The notes below the pieces were generated by a model. That model searched no databases. It was not told the origin of the DNA and worked only from the letters and a program-made list of their open reading frames with translations. Below are positions 1 to 9,567 of a stretch of 64,000 nt of DNA, piece by piece (position 1 is the first letter of the stretch; every line of letters begins with the position of its first letter). Made by a program: the position numbers and the translations under genes. Origin of the DNA: an uncultured Chloroflexia bacterium (lineage in GTDB: Bacteria; Chloroflexota; Limnocylindria; Limnocylindrales; CSP1-4); contig CAVYUR010000006.1 of NCBI GenBank assembly GCA_963771795.1, forward strand, positions 737,661-801,660, read 5' to 3'.

Positions 1-226
1 TCCAGAAGACCGGGTCGCCGAGGATGTCCTCGTAGTTGCCGAGCCCGAGGAAGTTGCGTGCCCCGCGCAGTCCCCAGCGCCAGAGGCTGATGTACGCGGC
101 GTAGATCATCGCCCCGAAGAACAGCGTCGCATACAGCAACATCGGGACGGCGATCAGCGCGTAGCCCGTGAGCATCTCCGCGCGACGCTCGCCCTTGACC
201 CCCTTGCTGGCGGTCCCAGCGGCCAT
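1..226 (-). CDS. Carbohydrate ABC transporter permease, N-terminal part (gene runs off the left edge)
   Basis: Reverse-strand ATG at 226 preceded by GAGGGAGGG. Translation MAAGTASKGVKGERRAEMLTGYALIAVPMLLYATLFFGAMIYAAYISLWRWGLRGARNFLGLGNYEDILGDPVFW is a typical CUT1-type (MalF/UgpA-like) permease N-terminus. Absent from the ORF track because it is truncated by the window edge. Confidence 0.75.
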   Translation of the reverse strand, partial: MAAGTASKGVKGERRAEMLTGYALIAVPMLLYATLFFGAMIYAAYISLWRWGLRGARNFLGLGNYEDILGDPVFW

Positions 227-251
227 GAAGGCCCTCCCTCACGACAAGGAA

Positions 252-282
252 CCGAGGCCCGGGCTGATTGCCCGGGCCTCGG
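252..282 (-). terminator. Intercistronic GC-rich stem-loop between the solute-binding-protein and permease genes
   Basis: Perfect 12-bp inverted repeat CCGAGGCCCGGG (252-263) / CCCGGGCCTCGG (271-282) with a 7-nt loop. On the minus-strand RNA it is followed by UUCCUU and then the permease RBS. Confidence 0.5.
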
Positions 283-288
283 CTGCGT

Positions 289-1600
289 TTAGGGTGTGAG
301 GGCGTCGTCGATCGCCGCCTTCGTGGCGTCGATGACCGGCGTCGGATCGTCGCTCTTCGCTTCGATCTGGGCCGTCATCGCGTTGTTGAAGGCGTCGTTG
401 ATCTTGCTGAAGCCCGGGATGAAGCTCCAGGGTCGAGCAAAGTCCGCGCTCTCGACGAGGATTTCCTTGCCCGCGGCAGGCGGGACATCCTTGCGGGACG
501 GATTGGCGACGCCGCCCTCCGTCCAGACCTTCATGCCCTCCGGACCCGTCAGGTACGTGAGCAGCACCCAGGCCGCGTCCTTGTTCGCCGAGTCGACGCC
601 AATGGAGTAGCTGACCGTGAAGCCGAGGGTCGCCTTCTCGGTACCCTGCGGCATCTCCGCCCAGGCGTACTTTACGTCCGGATAGCTGGTCTTCATGTAG
701 GGATCGAGCCAGCCGCCCTCGAAGATGATCGCGACCTGCTCTTCGCCCAGGGCCTTGCCGCACCAGTCATCGCCGAGATCGGCGGCGCGGGCGCCCTGCT
801 CGTTCTTGAAGAAGCCGAGGTAGGTCGTGAGCGCATCCTTGACCTCGGGCGAATCGGTCGTGTTCTGCGTCTTGTCCTCGCTCAGGAGCGAGCCGCCCTC
901 CTGGTAGACGAAGGCAAGCGCTCGGTCGAGGCTGTGGTTCAGGCAGAAGGCCTTTTTGCCTCCGGCCGTCAGCTTCGTGGCGGCGGCCTTCAACTCCTCC
1001 CAGTTCGTCGGCGGCTCGATGCCGGCAGCCGTCAGCATGTCGGTGTTGTAGGCCATCCCCAGCGTGTTGCCGTCCTTCGGGAAGCCGTAGGTCTTGCCAT
1101 CGGGACCCTTGAAAGCGTCGAGATAGCCCTCGAAGAACTGGCTCGTGTCGAAGCCCCGCTCCGTAGCGAGCGTGTCGAGATCCTGCAGGACCCCCTGGTC
1201 GATCCAGTCCTGGGCGACGCTGGAATCGACGTAGAAGAGGTCGGGCGGCTCCTGGGCGCTGAACTTGGCGGCCATCGCGGTCGGGTAGTCCGTTGCGATC
1301 GGCTGGTAGTCCAGCGTGATGTTCGGGTACTTCGCCTTGAACGCGTCGAGGGTCTTGGTCAGGGCGGTCCCCTCCTCGCCGCTCGCCTGCCAGCCCGACA
1401 GGACGACCGTGCCCGAGATGCTGTTCGGATCGAATGCGCTTGACGGGCTCTCCGCGGGCGCGCTGGCGCTCTCGCCGGGGCTGGCCCCACCGGGGCTCGC
1501 GCTGGTGCCGGCCGACGGGCGATCCCCCGCCGCTCGAGCACGCACTGAAGATGAACATGAACGCCGCTGCAAGGGCAACGGGTCGCCAGGATCGACGCAT
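289..1600 (-). CDS. Family-1 extracellular solute-binding lipoprotein (CUT1 sugar ABC transporter), reading frame broken near 1505-1535
   Basis: The C-terminal ~430 aa of ORF 289..2274 read as a sugar-binding SBP ([13 protein letters not shown]...[12 protein letters not shown]...[14 protein letters not shown]). The lipoprotein signal peptide [21 protein letters not shown] starts at ATG 1600 but lies in the frame of ORF 767..1600. The frames meet at a C5 run (1524-1528). Confidence 0.8.
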
Positions 1601-1797
1601 GTGGTCTCCTCCACGTTGTCTGCGTCATCACCGGCCGGGCCGTCGCGCATGGCGACAGGGACCTGTCGGTCGGCCGACCGATGGTGGGAGTCAGTCATCG
1701 TTCGGCGGCCACTACAACGCCGAATCTGCTGCCGCCGGAAAGGGTTGCGAATCCGCGACAAATCGCTCCGGCCCGCGCGCCCGACCGCGCGAGCGGT

Positions 1798-1838
1798 TTT
1801 GTGCTCCTCTCGCACAAATAGATGCGATACGCTTTCAA
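1798..1838. promoter_or_regulatory. Candidate XylR operator in the divergent SBP/xylA promoter region
   Basis: Inverted repeat TTTGTGC (1798-1804) N7 GCACAAA (1812-1818), followed by GCGATACG (1824-1831) and CTTTCAA (1832-1838). The last two words recur upstream of the ROK repressor gene (9472-9492). Confidence 0.35.
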
Positions 1839-1876
1839 CCGGCGCGTGGTGGCGGCCGATGGCAGGAGGTACGGGC

Positions 1877-3244
1877 GTGGACGGGGACTTCTTCTCTGAC
1901 GTTACAGGGCCGATTGGCTTCGCCGGAATCGGTTCGACTGACCCGCTGACCTTCAAGACGTACGAACCTGATCGGCTCGTCCTCGGCAAGCGGATGGAGG
2001 ACCACCTCCGGATCGCTGTCTGCATGTGGCATTCATTCAACTGGCCGGGCTCGGACGTGTTCGGCACCGGTACGTTCGACCGGCCATGGCTCGACCCGCG
2101 TCTCGACCCCAGGATCGCCGCGAAGGCAAAGCTCGAGGCCGCGTTCGAGTTCATCGCCAAGCTCGGGGTCCCGTTCTTCTGCTTCCACGATCGCGATGTC
2201 GCCGCTGAAGGCAACACCTTCGCCGAGACGAAGGCGAACCTCGACGCGAGCCTCGACCTGATCGAGGGGCACATGGCCCGGACCGGCGCGAGGCTCCTGT
2301 GGGGAACGGCGAACCTGTTCAGCCACCCGCGCTACGCCGCCGGTGCGGCGACCAACCCTGATCCCGACGTCTTCGCCTATGCCGCCGCGCAGGTCAAGGT
2401 CATGCTGGAGGCGACGCAACGTCTCGGCGGCGAGAACTACGTGCTCTGGGGCGGCCGGGAAGGCTACGAGACCCTTCTCAATACGGATCTCGCGCGCGAG
2501 GGGGCCCAGCTCGCTCGGTTCCTCGGCCTGGTCGCTGAGCACAAGCACCGGATCGGTTTCAAGGGGACCCTGCTCATCGAGCCGAAGCCGCAGGAGCCGA
2601 CCAAGCACCAGTACGACTACGACGCGGCGACCGTCCACGGCTTCCTGGTTCGCCACGGCCTCGACGCCGAATACCGCGTGAACCTCGAGGTGAACCACGG
2701 GACGCTTGCCGGGCACAGCTTCCATCACGAGGTCGCCTACGCGCTCTCCCACGGGATCTTCGGCAGCATCGACGCGAACCGCGGCGACTACCAGAACGGC
2801 TGGGACACGGACCAGTTCCCGAATTCGGTCGACGAGCTCTCGCTCGCCCTCTACGAGATCGTCCGGGCCGGCGGCTTCACGACCGGCGGCTTCAACTTCG
2901 ACACGAAGCTCCGCCGGCAGAGCATGGATCGGACGGACCTGTTCCATGCCCACATCGGCGGGATCGACACCCTCGCCCGGTCGCTCCTCGTGGCGGCGGC
3001 GATGATCGAGAGTCAGGCCCTAGAGCAGCTGCGGGAGGCGCGCTACGCGGGCTGGGCGGACGAGCTCGGACGGTCGATCCTGGCGGGCGACGTCGCGCTC
3101 GACGCGCTGGCCGCTCGCGTCCTGGCCGGTGATATCGACCCGCAGCCCGTATCGGGTCGCCAGGAGCTTCTCGAGAATCTCGTGAACCGTGAGATCTGGG
3201 CCGTCGACCAGGCCGCACGCGTCGAGTCCGGCTCCCGCGGCTGA
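1877..3244 (+). CDS. xylA: Xylose isomerase, class II
   Basis: Near-collinear with the E. coli-type XylA signature blocks ([69 protein letters not shown]). GTG 1877 sits 6 nt after GGAGGT. An in-frame ATG at 1859 is the alternative start. The upstream part of ORF 1316..3244 is non-coding read-through. Confidence 0.95.
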   Translation: MDGDFFSDVTGPIGFAGIGSTDPLTFKTYEPDRLVLGKRMEDHLRIAVCMWHSFNWPGSDVFGTGTFDRPWLDPRLDPRIAAKAKLEAAFEFIAKLGVPFFCFHDRDVAAEGNTFAETKANLDASLDLIEGHMARTGARLLWGTANLFSHPRYAAGAATNPDPDVFAYAAAQVKVMLEATQRLGGENYVLWGGREGYETLLNTDLAREGAQLARFLGLVAEHKHRIGFKGTLLIEPKPQEPTKHQYDYDAATVHGFLVRHGLDAEYRVNLEVNHGTLAGHSFHHEVAYALSHGIFGSIDANRGDYQNGWDTDQFPNSVDELSLALYEIVRAGGFTTGGFNFDTKLRRQSMDRTDLFHAHIGGIDTLARSLLVAAAMIESQALEQLREARYAGWADELGRSILAGDVALDALAARVLAGDIDPQPVSGRQELLENLVNREIWAVDQAARVESGSRG

Positions 3245-3249
3245 CCCGG

Positions 3250-4734
3250 GTGGGCCACGTCCTCGGGATCGACGCGTCGACCACCGCGACCAAGGCTGTC
3301 CTCATCGACGACGCGGGGATCGTCCGCGGCGTCGGCGCGTCGGAGTACGGGTTCGACGTGCCCCGGCCCCTCTGGAGCGAGCAGGAGCCGCGGCTCTGGT
3401 GGGACGGCGCGGTGGCTGCGATCCGCTCGGTGCTCGCGTCGAGCGGCGTCGCCGGCGAGGACGTCGTGGCGGTCGGACTGACCGGGCAGATGCACGGCGC
3501 GGTGCTGCTGGATGCCGCGGGCGACGTGCTCCGCCCGGCGATTCTCTGGAACGACCAGCGGACAGGCGCCGAGTGCGACGCGATCCGCCGGGCGGTCGGG
3601 CCGGAGCGCCTCGTCGAGATCACTGGCAATGACGCGCTGACCGGCTTCACGGCCCCGAAGCTCGTCTGGGTCCGCGACCACGAGCCCCAGGTGTGGTCGC
3701 GGATCGCCCACGTGTTGCTGCCCAAGGACTACGTCCGCCTCCACCTGACCGGCGATTATGCCGCCGACAAGGCCGACGGCTCCGGCACATTGCTGTTCGA
3801 CCTCGCAGCGCGGGACTGGTCCGCCGAGGTGCTCGACGCGCTGGAGGTCGATCCGTCCTGGCTGCCGCCGACGTTCGAGGGACCGGAGGCCACCGGCACG
3901 ATCACGGCCGCAGCGGCGGCGGCGACCGGCCTGCGGGCGGGCACGCCGGTCGTCGCGGGCGGCGGCGACCAGGCGGCGAACGCCGTCGGCGTTGGGGCGG
4001 TCAACGAGGGCACCGTCGCACTCTCGCTCGGCACGTCCGGGGTGGTCTTCGCGACGACGAACCAGCCGCTGTTCGAGGCGGCCGGGCGCGTCCACGCGTT
4101 CTGCCATTCCGTGCCGGGCCGCTGGCACATGATGTCGGTGATGCTCTCGGCGGCGGGCAGCCTGCGCTGGTTCCGCGATGTCCTCGCGCCGGGCGTCGAG
4201 TTCTCGGACCTCGTCGCGCCAGCAGCCGACGTGCCCCCTGGGAGCGACGGGTTGTTCTTCCTCCCCTACCTCACCGGCGAGCGCAGTCCGCATCCGGACC
4301 CGCTCGCTCGCGGCGCGTTCGTCGGGCTGACTGTCAGCCATGACCGACGGCATATGACGCGGTCGGTCCTGGAAGGCGTCGCGTTCGGATTACGGGACGG
4401 GCTGGACCTGATGATCGGCGCGGGAATGCCCGCGCCGGCCCAGATCCGCGCGTCGGGCGGCGGCACGGCGAGCCCGCTCTGGCGGCAGATCCTCGCCGAC
4501 GTACTGGATGCCGAGATCGCCACGGTCAACACATCGGAGGGAGCCGCGTACGGGGCGGGACTGCTGGCCGCGGTCGGCGCCGGCTGGTTCGGGTCGGTCG
4601 AGGAGGCTGCGGGGGCGTCCGTCCGCGCGACGCCGGTGGCGGCTCCGGGACCGGACGCAGCCGGCTACGCCGAGGCCCACGCGACCTACCGAAGTCTCTA
4701 CCCCGCCCTGGCGCCGATGTTCCACTCGCTGTAG
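3250..4734 (+). CDS. xylB: Xylulokinase (FGGY family)
   Basis: 494 aa. N-terminal LGIDASTTATKAVL, GQMHGAVLLD and the FGGY C-terminal blocks are present. It lies immediately downstream of xylA. Confidence 0.93.
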   Translation: MGHVLGIDASTTATKAVLIDDAGIVRGVGASEYGFDVPRPLWSEQEPRLWWDGAVAAIRSVLASSGVAGEDVVAVGLTGQMHGAVLLDAAGDVLRPAILWNDQRTGAECDAIRRAVGPERLVEITGNDALTGFTAPKLVWVRDHEPQVWSRIAHVLLPKDYVRLHLTGDYAADKADGSGTLLFDLAARDWSAEVLDALEVDPSWLPPTFEGPEATGTITAAAAAATGLRAGTPVVAGGGDQAANAVGVGAVNEGTVALSLGTSGVVFATTNQPLFEAAGRVHAFCHSVPGRWHMMSVMLSAAGSLRWFRDVLAPGVEFSDLVAPAADVPPGSDGLFFLPYLTGERSPHPDPLARGAFVGLTVSHDRRHMTRSVLEGVAFGLRDGLDLMIGAGMPAPAQIRASGGGTASPLWRQILADVLDAEIATVNTSEGAAYGAGLLAAVGAGWFGSVEEAAGASVRATPVAAPGPDAAGYAEAHATYRSLYPALAPMFHSL

Positions 4735-4757
4735 CGGGCCAGAAACCGGTGACTGGC

Positions 4758-5552
4758 TCAGCCGCGGAGCTCCAGCTCGGCCAGCTCCGTCTGGGTCACC
4801 TCGTCGGGCTTCTTGCCCAGGATGATCATGCCGAGAACGGCCTCCGGGTCCGTCTCGGCCTTGTTCACGGTGTCGACGATCCGGCCGTGGTACATGACGC
4901 TGATCCGGTCGGACAGGTCGAACACGTCGTGGATGTCGTGGCTGATGAGGAAGATGCCGATTCCGTCGTCCTTGAGCTGCCGCACGAGGTTCCGGACCTG
5001 TCCGGTCTCGGCCGGGCCGAGGGCCGCGGTGGGCTCGTCCATGATCATGATCCTTGCGTTGAAGTAGACCGCCCTGGCGATGGCGACGGCCTGGCGCTGT
5101 CCGCCGGAGAGCGACTTCACCGGCATGGCGAAGCGCGTGAAGTTGGGGTTCAGGCGCCCCATCACCTTGCGGGTTTCGGCCTCCATCGTCGAGTCGTCCA
5201 GGCTCCCGATCCGGGTCGTGATCTCGCGCCCCAGGAACAGGTTCGCGGGTGCGTCGACGTTGTCGGCGAGGGCGAGCGTCTGATAGATGGTCTCGATGTT
5301 GTAGGCCTTGGCGTCGCGCGGGTTGCCGATGTTGACCGGCTTGCCGTCGATGTTGATGACGCCCGAGTCGGCCTGGTGGGCGCCTGACAGGACGCGCATC
5401 AGCGTCGACTTGCCGGCGCCATTGCCACCAACGAGGCCGATGACCTCCCCGGCGTGCAGGTCGATCGTCACGTCGCGGACGGCGTGCACGCCGCCGAAGG
5501 CGACGTTGATGTTGCGCATCTCGACGAGCGGCGTGCGCTCTGCAACCGTCAT
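4758..5552 (-). CDS. Sugar ABC transporter ATP-binding protein (single NBD, XylG/FrcA-like)
   Basis: Walker [10 protein letters not shown], signature LSGGQRQ, Walker B IMIMDEPT. Last gene of the SBP-permease-ATPase operon on the minus strand. Confidence 0.9.
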   Translation of the reverse strand: MTVAERTPLVEMRNINVAFGGVHAVRDVTIDLHAGEVIGLVGGNGAGKSTLMRVLSGAHQADSGVINIDGKPVNIGNPRDAKAYNIETIYQTLALADNVDAPANLFLGREITTRIGSLDDSTMEAETRKVMGRLNPNFTRFAMPVKSLSGGQRQAVAIARAVYFNARIMIMDEPTAALGPAETGQVRNLVRQLKDDGIGIFLISHDIHDVFDLSDRISVMYHGRIVDTVNKAETDPEAVLGMIILGKKPDEVTQTELAELELRG

Positions 5553-5571
5553 GACCGTGCCTCCTCGCCGC

Positions 5572-6861
5572 TCAGGAGCCGCGCCGGCGGTTGAAGGAGT
5601 CGAAGCCGACCGCGAGGATCAGGACGATCCCGGCAACGACGTTCTGGCCGGGCGAGTTGACGCCCATGAAGCTCAGCCCGTAGGCGAGCGACTGCATCAC
5701 GAACGCGCCGAGCACAGCACCCGCGATGCTGCCGATGCCGCCGGCGAACGAGGTCCCGCCGACTACCGCCGCGGCGATGACGTAGAGCTCGTAGCTCTGG
5801 CCAACGTCGAGCGTGGCGCCGTTGAGCCGTGCAGACGCGATCGCGGCGGCAAGGGCGCACAGGACCCCCATCACGACATACGTCTTGAGGATCGTTCTGC
5901 GCGTGTTGATGCCGGCCAGCTCGGCGGCGTCGGGGTTGCCGCCATACGCGTAGACATAGCGCCCGAACCTTCGGCGCGTCGCCAGCCACGTCATCACGAG
6001 GGTCACGCCGATCAACAGGACGATCGGGTACGGAATGCCGGTCGGGATGTCAAGGCCGCCGGAGATTCCCGCCGGCCACAGGTTGGCATTGGCGAATGCA
6101 GCCAGGCCGAGGACAGCGACGCAGCCGATGACCCCGAGCACGACCTCGGCCCACATGGGTCGGAGCTGGAAGCCGAAACGACGGCGCTGCCGGCGGCCGT
6201 TGAAGAGCAGCGCGACGATGGCCAGGCATCCGATGAGACCGAGGACCCACGTCAAGGTGCCACCGACCGACCCCCTCGCCCCGCCGCCGATCAACTGGAA
6301 GTTGGGGTCGAGGCCCGACACGGCCGCGCCGCTGGAGAGGTACCAGACGACGCCCCGGATCGACAGGAGGCCACCGAGGGTGACGATGAATGAAGGCACG
6401 CCGATGTAGGCGATGATGTAGCCCTGCACTGCGCCGACTCCCGCCCCCAGGAGGATGCCGAGGCCCAGGGCAATGACCCAGCGGAACGGGAAGTCGGGGC
6501 CCATCCCGAGGATGTCGGGCATCCACTCCGTCATCAAGAGCGCGTAGGTCATGGCGACGAGCCCGACGACCGAGCCGACCGACAGGTCGATGTTGCGCGA
6601 CACGATGACGAGGACCATCCCGGTCGCGATGATCGCGATGCCCGAGGCCTGGACGGCCAGCGTGACCATGTTGGTCGGCTGGAAGAACTTGCCGCCGCTC
6701 AGGATGTTGAAGGTGAGCAGGATGAGGCCGAGCGCCAGGAGCATGCCGAAGAGCCGAAGATCGATCTCCGTCTGGGCGATCAAACCACGGACAGAGGAAC
6801 GCGCTGGGGGCTGGATCTTCGTCTGATCTGGTAACGGTGCCGCGCCGGCCACGTTCGTCAC
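5572..6861 (-). CDS. Sugar ABC transporter permease (CUT2, XylH-like)
   Basis: 429 aa, strongly hydrophobic multi-span protein with the branched-chain/monosaccharide permease pattern. Lies between the SBP and the ATPase. Confidence 0.9.
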   Translation of the reverse strand: MTNVAGAAPLPDQTKIQPPARSSVRGLIAQTEIDLRLFGMLLALGLILLTFNILSGGKFFQPTNMVTLAVQASGIAIIATGMVLVIVSRNIDLSVGSVVGLVAMTYALLMTEWMPDILGMGPDFPFRWVIALGLGILLGAGVGAVQGYIIAYIGVPSFIVTLGGLLSIRGVVWYLSSGAAVSGLDPNFQLIGGGARGSVGGTLTWVLGLIGCLAIVALLFNGRRQRRRFGFQLRPMWAEVVLGVIGCVAVLGLAAFANANLWPAGISGGLDIPTGIPYPIVLLIGVTLVMTWLATRRRFGRYVYAYGGNPDAAELAGINTRRTILKTYVVMGVLCALAAAIASARLNGATLDVGQSYELYVIAAAVVGGTSFAGGIGSIAGAVLGAFVMQSLAYGLSFMGVNSPGQNVVAGIVLILAVGFDSFNRRRGS

Positions 6862-6892
6862 GGCGGCCCTCCTGGCCCAAGTGATGAAGCGA

Positions 6893-6923
6893 CCTGCGCC
6901 CCCGGTGGTACCGGGGGCGCAGG
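6893..6923 (-). terminator. Intercistronic GC-rich stem-loop after the xylF-like SBP gene
   Basis: Perfect 13-bp inverted repeat CCTGCGCCCCCGG (6893-6905) / CCGGGGGCGCAGG (6911-6923), loop TGGTA. A second 7-bp hairpin AGCGGGC/GCCCGCT lies at 6939-6955 and overlaps the SBP stop codon. Confidence 0.5.
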
Positions 6924-6953
6924 TGTGATGGCTACGTCAGCGGGCGGGGCCCG

Positions 6954-8114
6954 CTACTTGCAGGCCGGCGGCGCCGAGGCTGCCTCGACGCCCTTGCAGA
7001 GGTCGGCCTTCGTGATCTGGCCGGCATCGATCGCCACCTGGAGGTTCTCCGCGGTGAGCGGCGTGGGCTGGAGGATGAACGACTTCACGGTGACGCCGCC
7101 CGGGGTCTTGAAGTCCTGGGCGGTGAGCCCGGCGGTCGGGGCGACGGACGCGTCGACGAGGCCATCCGGAAGAGTCAGTGCGAGCGTCTTGGGATCAGCG
7201 CACAGCTTCAGCGCAGCGGCACCTGCGGCCTTGCCCAGCTCGTTCGCGTTCTTGAAGACGTCAACGTACTGCTTGCCGAGGGCGACGTTGTTCAGGTTGG
7301 CGGGATCGCCGTCCTGGCCGCTCAGGGGCGGGAAGCCGTAGCTCTTGGCCGTGAGGGCACCGACGACGCCGAGCGCCGTGCTGTCGTTCTCGGCCAGGAT
7401 GGCATCGATCTTGTTGCCGTCGGCGACGGCCTTGTCGATGATCGCTTCCATGTTGGACTGGGCCTTCTCGGTCTTCCAGGCGTCGGTGAACGTCCCATCC
7501 GGTCCGTTGAGGATCTTGATGTCGCCGGACGCGACCTTGTCCTTGAGGCCGGCCTCGTCCCAACCCTGCGGCAGGAACGTGGACGCATTCGGGTCGCCCG
7601 GGTCGCCCTTGATCAGGACGTAGTTGCCCTTCGGCACCTTCTTGATGATCGCGTCCGCCTCGGCCTTGCCGACGAGGACGTTGTCGAAGGTGATGTAGAG
7701 GATGCTCGTGTCTTCGATGAGCCGGTCGTAGGCGATGACCGGGATGCCCGCATCGGTCGCCTTCTTGAGCCCCGGCAGAACAGCCTTGTTGTCCTGGGCG
7801 AGCAGGATGAGGACCTTGGCGCCCTTCGAGATGAGCGTGTCGATGTCCGTCAGCTGCTGCTCGTTGCTGAGGTTCGCATCGGCGTCGATGTAGGTTCCGC
7901 CAGCGTCCTCGACGGTCTTCTTGATGTTCGGCTGGTCGTGCGCCGCCCAGCGCGGCTGCTGGAAGTTGTTCCAGGACACGCCAACCGTGCAGCCTGCGCC
8001 GCTCCCGCCACTTGCGGCGGCCGAGCCGCCCGGCGTGCTCGAGCACGCGCTCAATACGAATACGAAGGTCGCGATGATCGCGGCCAATCTCCGATTCACC
8101 ATGATTGACACCAT
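6954..8114 (-). CDS. Periplasmic sugar-binding lipoprotein (XylF-like, CUT2)
   Basis: Signal peptide plus lipobox (FVFVLSACSS), then a periplasmic-binding-protein type I fold (VGVSWNNFQQPRW..., GIPVIAYDRLI). An alternative ATG start lies at 8102. Confidence 0.88.
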   Translation of the reverse strand: MVSIMVNRRLAAIIATFVFVLSACSSTPGGSAAASGGSGAGCTVGVSWNNFQQPRWAAHDQPNIKKTVEDAGGTYIDADANLSNEQQLTDIDTLISKGAKVLILLAQDNKAVLPGLKKATDAGIPVIAYDRLIEDTSILYITFDNVLVGKAEADAIIKKVPKGNYVLIKGDPGDPNASTFLPQGWDEAGLKDKVASGDIKILNGPDGTFTDAWKTEKAQSNMEAIIDKAVADGNKIDAILAENDSTALGVVGALTAKSYGFPPLSGQDGDPANLNNVALGKQYVDVFKNANELGKAAGAAALKLCADPKTLALTLPDGLVDASVAPTAGLTAQDFKTPGGVTVKSFILQPTPLTAENLQVAIDAGQITKADLCKGVEAASAPPACK

Positions 8115-8222
8115 CCTCCTCGTGACAAGCCATTTGATCGACTGTCGGTGGTCCCAACGCTTACGGTAGCACCCTCCTGTGCTGGTTTTCGACGGTCGTT
8201 ACCTCGCCGAGCCGCCTCCTCA

Positions 8223-9455
8223 TCAGGCACTCGCGAGTTCAGTTGAGTTGACGCGCGGGCCGAGCCAGGCCGCTGGATCCGCCAGGAGCGGCTCGAATGC
8301 CAGTTCGGCGGCGCCGAGCACCGGAGCGTCGACCCCAAGGGTCGCCGGGACGACTCGGACAAGACTCCGCGGCGCCGCAAGGGCGCGGCGGTCCAGTTCG
8401 AGCTCGATCGTCGACGCGATGTACGGGTGGATCCGACTGAACAGGCCGCCCAGCACGATCAAGCGCGGGTTGAACACGTTGACCAGGCCGGCCAGACCGA
8501 TCCCTAGCCAGCGTCCGACATGGTCGAGCGCTCCAAGTGCGATTCCGGATTTCTCAGCTGCGGCGTTCATGACTGCATCCACGGCCGCGCTGCCGCCGTC
8601 GGGCGGGTACCCGGCGCGGCGGAGGAGGGCTTCTTCTCCGATCTCGGTCTCCCAGCATCCAACCGACCCGCACCGGCACGCGACACCGTCAGGATTCATC
8701 GGAAGGTGGCCCACTTCCCCGCTGTATCCGGCGACGCCCGTCAGCGCCTTGCCGTCGACGATCAGGCCGCCACCGACCCCGACTTCGCCGGCCACGAACA
8801 GGACGTCGTCCGCGCCGCGAGCCGCGCCGCGCCGCAGCTCGACGAGTGCCCCGAGATCCGCATCGTTGGCGACGAAGATTGGCAGTGCGGTCTCGAGTGC
8901 GCGCGCCAGTTCCGCGCCGAGGGGAACGTCGAACCAGCCGAGGTTCGGAGCCCGCGAGACGCAGCCGTCGCTGCGGCGTACGACGCCGACGACGGACACC
9001 CCGACGCCGATGACCGTGTTTGGGTCCCGGCCACTGGTGACATCGGATGCCAGTCCAGCGAGGTCGACCGTGATGTCCTCGACTGAAGAGTGCCCGCGCG
9101 GTCGATCGACGCGAACGAGCTGGAAGACCTCGCCTCCCAGTCCGACGAGAGCAGCGGCGAGCGAGTCGACGGCAATCTCAAGAGCGAGGACGACGGCGCC
9201 GTTTGCGTTCGGGCTGACGAGGGGAGACGGACGGCCCGGGTTGCCGAGCGAGTCGGCACGTTCCTCGGTGACCAGGTCCCCAGCAACCAGTTCGCCGATC
9301 AGGCCGCGGATGGCGCTCCGCGTGAGACCGGTCCGCGCAACGAGCTCCGAACGGGACAGCTGCCCACGTTCGTGCAGTTCGCGAACGATCGCGCTGAGGT
9401 TGGCCCGGCGGACCGTCTCGCTCCGCTGGCCGATGTCGTCTCGACCCAACGACAA
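8223..9455 (-). CDS. ROK-family transcriptional repressor (XylR-like)
   Basis: N-terminal wHTH (RRANLSAIVRELHERGQLSRSELVARTGLTRSAI) plus a ROK sugar-kinase-like domain with the CRCGSVGCWE zinc motif. TTG 9455 follows AGAGAGGAA. The upstream part of ORF 8223..9608 is treated as non-coding. Confidence 0.85.
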   Translation of the reverse strand: MSLGRDDIGQRSETVRRANLSAIVRELHERGQLSRSELVARTGLTRSAIRGLIGELVAGDLVTEERADSLGNPGRPSPLVSPNANGAVVLALEIAVDSLAAALVGLGGEVFQLVRVDRPRGHSSVEDITVDLAGLASDVTSGRDPNTVIGVGVSVVGVVRRSDGCVSRAPNLGWFDVPLGAELARALETALPIFVANDADLGALVELRRGAARGADDVLFVAGEVGVGGGLIVDGKALTGVAGYSGEVGHLPMNPDGVACRCGSVGCWETEIGEEALLRRAGYPPDGGSAAVDAVMNAAAEKSGIALGALDHVGRWLGIGLAGLVNVFNPRLIVLGGLFSRIHPYIASTIELELDRRALAAPRSLVRVVPATLGVDAPVLGAAELAFEPLLADPAAWLGPRVNSTELASA

Positions 9456-9471
9456 GAGTTTGTGTTCCTCT

Positions 9472-9492
9472 CTTTCAAACGTTTGCGATACG
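9472..9492. promoter_or_regulatory. Candidate autoregulatory operator upstream of the ROK repressor gene
   Basis: Perfect 10-bp palindrome CAAACGTTTG (9476-9485), flanked by CTTTCAA (9472-9478) and GCGATACG (9485-9492). The same two words occur upstream of xylA. Confidence 0.3.
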
Positions 9493-9567
9493 GTCTTACA
9501 CCTATGGGGTCGTGTCAAGCGGAGCTGCCGAAAACGTGAACCTTCAGTTGCTCGCGGGTCACCGCCG

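Noticed and set aside
3043-4353. Long ORFs antisense to or overlapping recognised genes (for example 268..1443+, 3043..4353-, 8179..9807+, 13166..14302-, 14745..15773-, 34609..36087+, 57292..58266+, 59857..60807+).
   Set aside because: Their translations are Arg/Pro/Gly/Ala-rich low-complexity strings with no motifs. They lie opposite genes with clear family signatures. Spurious long antisense ORFs of this kind are expected in GC-rich DNA.
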